Shown here: piece by piece, positions 58,259 through 64,000 of the stretch
Layout: each line of letters begins with the position of its first letter
How positions within the stretch are numbered: position 1 is the first letter of the stretch
From: Bacilli bacterium
GTDB taxonomy: Bacteria; Bacillota_I; Bacilli_A; RF39; UBA660
NCBI GenBank assembly: GCA_017435255.1
Contig: JAFSFI010000010.1
Span: forward strand, 170,483-234,482
DNA length: 64,000 bases
Direction: 5' to 3'
Notes under the pieces: model-generated
Database searches by the model: none
What the model saw: the letters and a program-made list of their open reading frames with translations, nothing else
Told to the model about the DNA's origin: nothing
Translations under genes and position numbers: made by a program

Positions 58259-58816
58259 ATGAGAGATAGTAAAAATTTAGTTATTGGTATGCTTTGCGCA
58301 GTAGTTTGCATTATGGCTGTTGCGTATGCTGCATTTAGTACAACATTAGAAGTTAATGGTACTGCAACAATTTCATCAAATTGGAAAGTAGGATTCACAG
58401 ATATTACTTGTACAGCAACTGAAGCAGAAGGTGGAGCTACTTCTATCACTGTTGGTGAAGAAACGGTTGAACTTGAAGCTAATGGTGCATTAGTTGGTGA
58501 AGCTGGTACTAGTACTTCTGCTACTTTCGATGTAACTTTCTTACAACCAGGAGATTCTGCTGTTTGTACAGTTACAGTAAAAAATAGTGGAACATTAAAT
58601 GCTAAAGTAGAAACATTAACAGTTACTAATCCAACAGGTGGAATCATTACTTATGTAGTAGACAGTATTGCTCAAGGTGATAAATTAGCTGCTGGAGCAT
58701 CTGATACATTTACAATAACTGCTACATACGATGATACAGAAGAACAACCAGAAGACGAAGCATTAAGTAAAACTTTAACAATTACTGCTGTTTATTCACA
58801 AGATTTATCAGCATAA
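58259..58816 (+). CDS. TasA/CalY-like secreted fibre subunit 1
   Basis: AAAGGAGG RBS; AVAYA|AFSTTLEVNGTATI, QPGDS, KNSGTLNA; Cys pair; own terminator at about 58836-58865. Confidence 0.75.
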   Translation: MRDSKNLVIGMLCAVVCIMAVAYAAFSTTLEVNGTATISSNWKVGFTDITCTATEAEGGATSITVGEETVELEANGALVGEAGTSTSATFDVTFLQPGDSAVCTVTVKNSGTLNAKVETLTVTNPTGGIITYVVDSIAQGDKLAAGASDTFTITATYDDTEEQPEDEALSKTLTITAVYSQDLSA

Positions 58817-58885
58817 GTTTAATAGAAGTTTGATTACAGGCACATAAATACGTGCTTGTTTTTTTATTATAAAAATAAATATTTA

Positions 58886-58913
58886 TTGATTTTATTTTAC
58901 GATATGATATAAT
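58886..58913 (+). promoter_or_regulatory. SigA promoter, fibre subunit 2
   Basis: TTGATT-N16-TATAAT with TG extension. Confidence 0.7.
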
Positions 58914-58942
58914 TAAATTATAAAAAATAGGAGGAGAAAGAA

Positions 58943-59509
58943 ATGAAAGATAGTAAAAATTTAGTTATTGGTTTATTATGTGCGGTAGTTTGTATTATGG
59001 CAGTGGCATATGCTGCATTTGCTACAACATTAAATGTTAATGGTACTGCAACAATCGCATCAAACTGGGATGTTCATATCAGTAATATTTCTTGTAAAGC
59101 TACACCAGTTGAAGGTGGAACAACAGATGCAGAAGCAGTTACAAAAAGCTTTGGAGCTACAACTGCTCAATTTAACATGAAGTTTTTCCAACCAGGAGAT
59201 TCAGCTGAATGTGTAGTAACTATTACAAATAGTGGTACATTAGATGCAAAAGTAAGTACAATTGAAACAATTATTACAGATGCCAATAATAATACAAATA
59301 AAACTGATGAAACTTTAACTTTAGAATCAGATGCAATTCGTTATAATTTGTCTGGAATTGTTGAAGGAACTACATTAGCTGCTGGACAAACTAACACATA
59401 CACAATTAGTGCTGAATTCTTTGATGTAGCTAACGGACAAACTCCATCAGAAGATCAATTAAGTAAAACAGTAACTGTTAATGTTACTTATGAACAAGAT
59501 TTAGCTTAA
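58943..59509 (+). CDS. TasA/CalY-like secreted fibre subunit 2
   Basis: AVAYA|AFATTLNVNGTATI, QPGDS, TNSGTLDA; Cys pair; terminator at about 59519-59546. Confidence 0.75.
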   Translation: MKDSKNLVIGLLCAVVCIMAVAYAAFATTLNVNGTATIASNWDVHISNISCKATPVEGGTTDAEAVTKSFGATTAQFNMKFFQPGDSAECVVTITNSGTLDAKVSTIETIITDANNNTNKTDETLTLESDAIRYNLSGIVEGTTLAAGQTNTYTISAEFFDVANGQTPSEDQLSKTVTVNVTYEQDLA

Positions 59510-59555
59510 TTAAATTAGAAGATATACTTAGTTATATCTTTTTTTTATAAAAATA

Positions 59556-59584
59556 TTGTGTTAATTATTTAATCATGATAAAAT
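59556..59584 (+). promoter_or_regulatory. SigA promoter, fibre subunit 3
   Basis: TTGTGT-N17-TAAAAT with TG extension. Confidence 0.55.
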
Positions 59585-59611
59585 ATTCTTATAATAATAA
59601 AGGAGGAAATT

Positions 59612-60124
59612 ATGAAAGATAAAGGTGTATTAATCGGAATGTTATGTACTGTAGTTGTAGTTATGGCAGTTGCTTTTGCTGCATTTAGTACTTCACTACA
59701 AGTTAATGGTACTGCAACAATTGCATCGACTTGGAAGGTAGCGTTTGATAAGTCAAACTCAAGCTGTTCTGATGGAAGTAATATTGTTATGAATGGAGAA
59801 TCTACATTAGCTACAATTGGTGTATCTTTAGAAACTCCAGGGGATTCAGTAACATGTACTTTGGCTGTAAAAAACTCTGGAACACTTGATGCGTATTTAA
59901 AATCAATCAATGTTACTCCTACAGGAGATGCTCCAATAACATTTACTGTTGAACCAAGTACAACAGCTTTAGCTACTAGACCAACATTGGCAGCAAATGG
60001 TGGAGTTGAGTACATTAAATTAACAGCAACTTATGATGCTGATACGGAAGGACAACCAGAAGATTTAACAAACTCTGTAGTAATAGTTGCAAATTATGAA
60101 CAAAAATTAACAACAACTAACTAA
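59612..60124 (+). CDS. TasA/CalY-like secreted fibre subunit 3
   Basis: AVAFA|AFSTSLQVNGTATI, TPGDS, KNSGTLDA; Cys pair. Confidence 0.75.
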   Translation: MKDKGVLIGMLCTVVVVMAVAFAAFSTSLQVNGTATIASTWKVAFDKSNSSCSDGSNIVMNGESTLATIGVSLETPGDSVTCTLAVKNSGTLDAYLKSINVTPTGDAPITFTVEPSTTALATRPTLAANGGVEYIKLTATYDADTEGQPEDLTNSVVIVANYEQKLTTTN

Positions 60125-60204
60125 AATTAAAAGACAAAAAATAAGACTTTATAGTTTTATTTTTTTTTTGCCTATGATATAATTGTATACATAATAGGGG
60201 TGGT

Positions 60205-60564
60205 ATGATGCTAGGTAGGAAAGGTCAAGTATTAGTAGAATTTATTTTAATATTTCCAATTCTAGTTATGCTTCTTTTTGCTGTGGTAGATTTTGGTAGG
60301 ATTTTTGTTAATCAAAGCGAATTAGAGACGGCTCTAGGCATTATCAACGATATCGATAGAGAAAGTATTAATGAACAAGTTTTGTATGATGAAATAAATA
60401 AAAATACAAAAAATAAAATAAATGTTTCTATCACTAATGAAGAAGATGGGTATATTAATATAATTTTAACTAGAAAGATAAATATTATTACTCCAGGTTT
60501 AAATTTAATATTATCATCCCCTTATGAAATTAAAACTAGTAGGGTGGTTAAATATGGACAATAA
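60205..60564 (+). CDS. tadE: TadE-like pseudopilin
   Basis: Class III signal RKG|QVLVEF; DFG motif. Confidence 0.85.
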   Translation: MMLGRKGQVLVEFILIFPILVMLLFAVVDFGRIFVNQSELETALGIINDIDRESINEQVLYDEINKNTKNKINVSITNEEDGYINIILTRKINIITPGLNLILSSPYEIKTSRVVKYGQ

Positions 60565-60916
60565 GGGTCAAGTTTTAATTATCTTTTTGCTGATTATTCC
60601 AGTTTTAATGTTGGGGGCTGTATATATAATTGATAATGTTTATATTGCGTATCATAATAACAAATTGAATGAAATAAATAACTTAGTTATTAATGATGCT
60701 GTAATAAATGATTTGAGCACTTCAGAAATAAGAGAATATATTAAAAAGAATGATGAAGGTATAGAAATAGAATTTATTTTAATTAGTACTGATAAAGTAG
60801 AGATAAAACTATCTAAAAAAATAAAAAGTTTATTTGGTATTGTAGTAGGGAAAAAAAGTTATACTATAAAGTCTAATAAGACAATGAAAATTATGGATAA
60901 GCCAATATATCAATAA
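60554..60916 (+). CDS. TadG/TadE-like pseudopilin
   Basis: MDNKG|QVLIIF class III signal with hydrophobic helix; overlaps tadE. Confidence 0.72.
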   Translation: MDNKGQVLIIFLLIIPVLMLGAVYIIDNVYIAYHNNKLNEINNLVINDAVINDLSTSEIREYIKKNDEGIEIEFILISTDKVEIKLSKKIKSLFGIVVGKKSYTIKSNKTMKIMDKPIYQ

Positions 60917-60932
60917 ATGAGGATGTGATATT

Positions 60933-61727
60933 ATGCAAAAAACAAAAAAAGGTAAAATAATCACTATAACATCTATGAAAGGTGGAGTAGGTAAAACTAT
61001 TAGCACATTGCAACTTGCTATTATTATGAAAAAGTTAAATAAAAGCGTTTTAATAGTTGATTTAGATTTATATAATGGAGATATTGCATTTTCGTTAGAT
61101 ATAAACATTAAGTCTAGTGTTTATAATATTTGTGATGATGTTACGAATAACAGATATAAATCAGATTTGTTAAAAGAGTATATTGCTAAATATGATGAAT
61201 TTATTGATATTTTAGCGTCACCAAAAGATCCTAGACAAGCTACTAAAATAGATAGAAAATCTTTAGATATAATTTTAAGAAGTCTTAGCAATAAATATGA
61301 TGTTATATTAATTGATACTAATCATATATTGGATGTTGTTAATATGGTGGCGTTTGAATGTTCAGATATTATTTTAGATATCTTTACTAATGATGCATTT
61401 GATATTAAAAGGACAAAAAACTTTATATCAATTTGCAAAAATATGAAAGTAGATAATTTGAAATTAGTTTTAAACAATTCAATAGAGGATAGGAAAAAAT
61501 ATTTTAGTGAATATGATATAGAGTCAGTTATTAAAGATAAGATCGATTTTATAGTACCTAAAAGTTTTAATATAAAAGGTTTAGATAAATACATTGTAGA
61601 TGGAAAAACTATAGAAGTTTGTGAAAAAGTATTAAAAAACAGTTCAAAAGACTATGCGAAACTTTCACATTTTGCTCTTAGTTTATTAGAAGATAATAGA
61701 AAGGGTGATGAAAGTGAAAAAAAATAG
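60933..61727 (+). CDS. CpaE/TadZ-like ParA/MinD-family ATPase
   Basis: KGGVGKT, VDLDLYNGDI, YDVILIDT; directly upstream of cpaF. Confidence 0.8.
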   Translation: MQKTKKGKIITITSMKGGVGKTISTLQLAIIMKKLNKSVLIVDLDLYNGDIAFSLDINIKSSVYNICDDVTNNRYKSDLLKEYIAKYDEFIDILASPKDPRQATKIDRKSLDIILRSLSNKYDVILIDTNHILDVVNMVAFECSDIILDIFTNDAFDIKRTKNFISICKNMKVDNLKLVLNNSIEDRKKYFSEYDIESVIKDKIDFIVPKSFNIKGLDKYIVDGKTIEVCEKVLKNSSKDYAKLSHFALSLLEDNRKGDESEKK

Positions 61728-63099
61728 TTGGTTTGAGGAATTTGAAATATCTGAACAAAAAACAAACAATAATTATAGCAAATCGATTACTAATGATTAT
61801 GATATTTTTAAAGATAAAGAACTATTAGATAAATTTAGAAATACTATTATTCAAGAATTAATTGATAATCAAATACCTGATGAAAAATTACTTACTCAAT
61901 ATATTAATGAAGAGATAGATAGAATTACAGAAGGTTATGATTTATCTAATGTTGAAAGAAATCACATTTTTAATTTGATTGAAAATGAAATAAATGGTTT
62001 TGGACCAATTACAGAACTATTAGAAGATAAAAATGTTACAGAAATAATGGTAAATGGACCAGATGAAGTTTATATAGAAGTTGATGGTCAATTAATAAGA
62101 GATGATTCAGTATCATTCATTAATGATGAACATATTATTAGGACTATCCAAAGAATTGTACAACCTCTTGGTAGAACAATAGATTCTACTAATCCAATGG
62201 TTGATTCTCATTTGCCTGATGGCTCAAGAATTAATGCGATTATTCCACCTTTATCAGTTAAAGGACCGGTAATGACAATTCGTAAATTTAAAGAAAGTAT
62301 GAGTAACATAGATTCGCTTATTGGTAACGGAACTTTAACTCCGTACATGGCTAGATTTATGGATGCTTGTGTTGAAGCAAAACTTAACATAATAGTTTGT
62401 GGTGGAACAGGTAGTGGAAAAACAACGCTATTAAATGTTTTATCAAATTTCATTAATCCGGATGAAAGAATTATTACAATTGAAGATGCTGTAGAATTAA
62501 AATTAAAACAAACTCATGTAATATCTCTTGAAACTAGAAATGTTAATTATGAAAGAGAAGGAGAAGTAACAATTCGTGACTTAGTTAGAAACTCACTTCG
62601 TATGAGACCCGATCGTATTATTGTGGGTGAAGTTCGTGGAGAAGAAGCGTTTGATATGTTACAAGCGATGAACACAGGACATGATGGTTCCCTTACAACT
62701 CTTCATGCTAATTCAGCAATTGATGCATTAAACAGACTAGAAACAATGATTTTAATGGGTGGAATTGATATACCGTTAAAGGCAGTTAGAGATTATATAG
62801 AAAATGCAATTGATATAGTGATTAACATTGAAAGATTAGGAGACGGAAGACGTAAAGTAACAAGTATATCAGAAATAGTTGGTTTTGATGGGGAAAATAT
62901 TATTTTAAAAGATATTTTTGCCTTTCGCCAGAATGGGTTAACTGATAAAGGTGAAGTTAACGGAGAATTTATTCTTTATAATTATGTGCCTCTAGTATAT
63001 AGAAAGATAAGAAATAGAGGAGTTCATTCTGTTGATGATATTTTTGAACCTATAGAAAAAGATTTAGAAAAGAAAAATAAGAAAAAGAAAGAAGATTAG
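61705..63099 (+). CDS. cpaF: Tad secretion ATPase CpaF/TadA
   Basis: [55 protein letters not shown]. Start may be GTG 61714. Confidence 0.95.
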   Translation: MMKVKKNSWFEEFEISEQKTNNNYSKSITNDYDIFKDKELLDKFRNTIIQELIDNQIPDEKLLTQYINEEIDRITEGYDLSNVERNHIFNLIENEINGFGPITELLEDKNVTEIMVNGPDEVYIEVDGQLIRDDSVSFINDEHIIRTIQRIVQPLGRTIDSTNPMVDSHLPDGSRINAIIPPLSVKGPVMTIRKFKESMSNIDSLIGNGTLTPYMARFMDACVEAKLNIIVCGGTGSGKTTLLNVLSNFINPDERIITIEDAVELKLKQTHVISLETRNVNYEREGEVTIRDLVRNSLRMRPDRIIVGEVRGEEAFDMLQAMNTGHDGSLTTLHANSAIDALNRLETMILMGGIDIPLKAVRDYIENAIDIVINIERLGDGRRKVTSISEIVGFDGENIILKDIFAFRQNGLTDKGEVNGEFILYNYVPLVYRKIRNRGVHSVDDIFEPIEKDLEKKNKKKKED

Positions 63100-63110
63100 G
63101 AGGTAATACT

Positions 63111-64000
63111 ATGTCTAATAGTTATGATATTAATTTATTTGTTATACAATCGATTCTTATTATAATACTATTTGGCATAGTATTATGGTTAGTCAAATTA
63201 AGCAGAATTACTAGACTAGAAAGAAGATTTAGCAAATATTCAGTTAATGTAATTGAAAATAAAGAAATAGCTTTATTTGATAAACTAATAAGACTTTATA
63301 CAAAATTAAGAAAAAACATATCTAAATTTTTATATAAATTAAAAATATTTGATGAGTATAGTTTAAAATACGAAAAATATTGTGATAACGCTAGTGTTAT
63401 ACGAGAAGATCCGATGGATTATATGTCTACTAAAGTCTTAACTGGTTTTGCAATGATGATATTAATTGTCATATCTGATGTTTTTCAATATAAACCTATT
63501 ACATCTTTTCAACTATTAACCGCATTTTTAATAGGATTTTTTATACCTGATGTGTTGTTGATTTCTAAAGAAAAGATGCGAAAAAAACAAATAGAAAAAG
63601 ACATGTTAAAAGCAATTATTATTATGAACAACTCTTTTAAATCAGGACTTAGCATCATGCAAGCAATATATATGGTATCTAATGAATTAGATGGACCGAT
63701 TAGTGAAGAGTTTAAGAAAATGTATATAGATTTAAGCTTTGGACTAAATATGGAAGTTGTATTCGAGCGATTTACTAAAAGAATTGATACTAAAGAAGCT
63801 AGATATATTACTACTTCATTAAATGTATTAAATAAAACAGGGGGTAATATTGTCCAAGTATTTGCGTCTGTAGAAAGAAATTCTTTTACTAGAAAAAAAT
63901 TAGAAGAGGAATTAGGGGCGCTTGCAGCTAGTAGTAGTGCAATATTTAAGATATTAGTGGTAATTCCTGTATTATTATTTGCGACTGTTTTTGCACTGAA
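63111..64000 (+). CDS. tadB: TadB (T2SS-F family) membrane platform protein, 3'-truncated by the window
   Basis: Not in the ORF track. AGGAGGT RBS; MSNSYDINLF...SFKSGLSIMQA...GPISEEF...TGGNIVQVF. Confidence 0.87.
   Translation, partial: MSNSYDINLFVIQSILIIILFGIVLWLVKLSRITRLERRFSKYSVNVIENKEIALFDKLIRLYTKLRKNISKFLYKLKIFDEYSLKYEKYCDNASVIREDPMDYMSTKVLTGFAMMILIVISDVFQYKPITSFQLLTAFLIGFFIPDVLLISKEKMRKKQIEKDMLKAIIIMNNSFKSGLSIMQAIYMVSNELDGPISEEFKKMYIDLSFGLNMEVVFERFTKRIDTKEARYITTSLNVLNKTGGNIVQVFASVERNSFTRKKLEEELGALAASSSAIFKILVVIPVLLFATVFAL

Noticed and set aside
59612-59680. MKDKG|VLIG as a class III (type IV pilin) cleavage site
   Set aside because: The two paralogues lack this Gly and there is no Glu+5; the shared AxA|AF site fits signal-peptidase-I/SipW cleavage better.
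60160-60169. Poly-T run near the tad promoter (and A-run in the 58201 promoter spacer) as phase-variation tracts
   Set aside because: Such runs are frequent in this AT-rich sequence, and the T-run is explained as a terminator tail.
1300-62453. Numerous antisense and overlapping ORFs in the track (e.g. 1300-1797, 16387-16761, 50256-50789, 58159-58647, 59569-60015)
   Set aside because: They shadow well-supported genes, lack RBSs, and have the Ser/Ile/Phe-rich composition expected from antisense reading of AT-rich codons.
1-64000. Alternative genetic code (TGA read as Trp, as in Mollicutes)
   Set aside because: Conserved genes are full length under code 11, use TGG for Trp, and several end at TGA at the expected position (e.g. 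spoVAD, rsgA).

Overview
A very AT-rich chromosomal segment (standard code 11) of a genome-reduced, apparently spore-forming Bacillota. The gene content resembles uncultured Bacilli such as RF39/UBA660; this assignment is inference. Core genes: rnj, rpoZ, recX, prsA, hit, sufCDSU-x-B, ssb, scpAB, tRNA-Leu(CAA), rlmN-prpC-prkC-rsgA-rpe, proS, radC-mreC-mreD, murE, murF-ddl, yqeG-yqeH. Sporulation genes: two unannotated YjcZ/SscA peptides, dacF, spoIIAA-sigF-spoVAC/D/E, spoIVFA/B, intact pro-sigK. Most notable: (1) three separately transcribed TasA/CalY-like fibre-subunit paralogues directly upstream of a Tad operon with no Flp pilin visible, plus a distant 730-aa protein with the same N-terminal module; (2) a spoIIA locus with no spoIIAB and a SpoIIAA lacking the phosphorylated Ser motif; (3) a dockerin-bearing cell-wall glucosaminidase and membrane-anchored cohesin-like proteins, suggesting non-cellulosomal anchoring; (4) an unannotated leader-peptide attenuator upstream of an ABC exporter. 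No CRISPR array, rRNA, integrase or transposase was seen. All calls come from reading motifs by eye; no searches were run.
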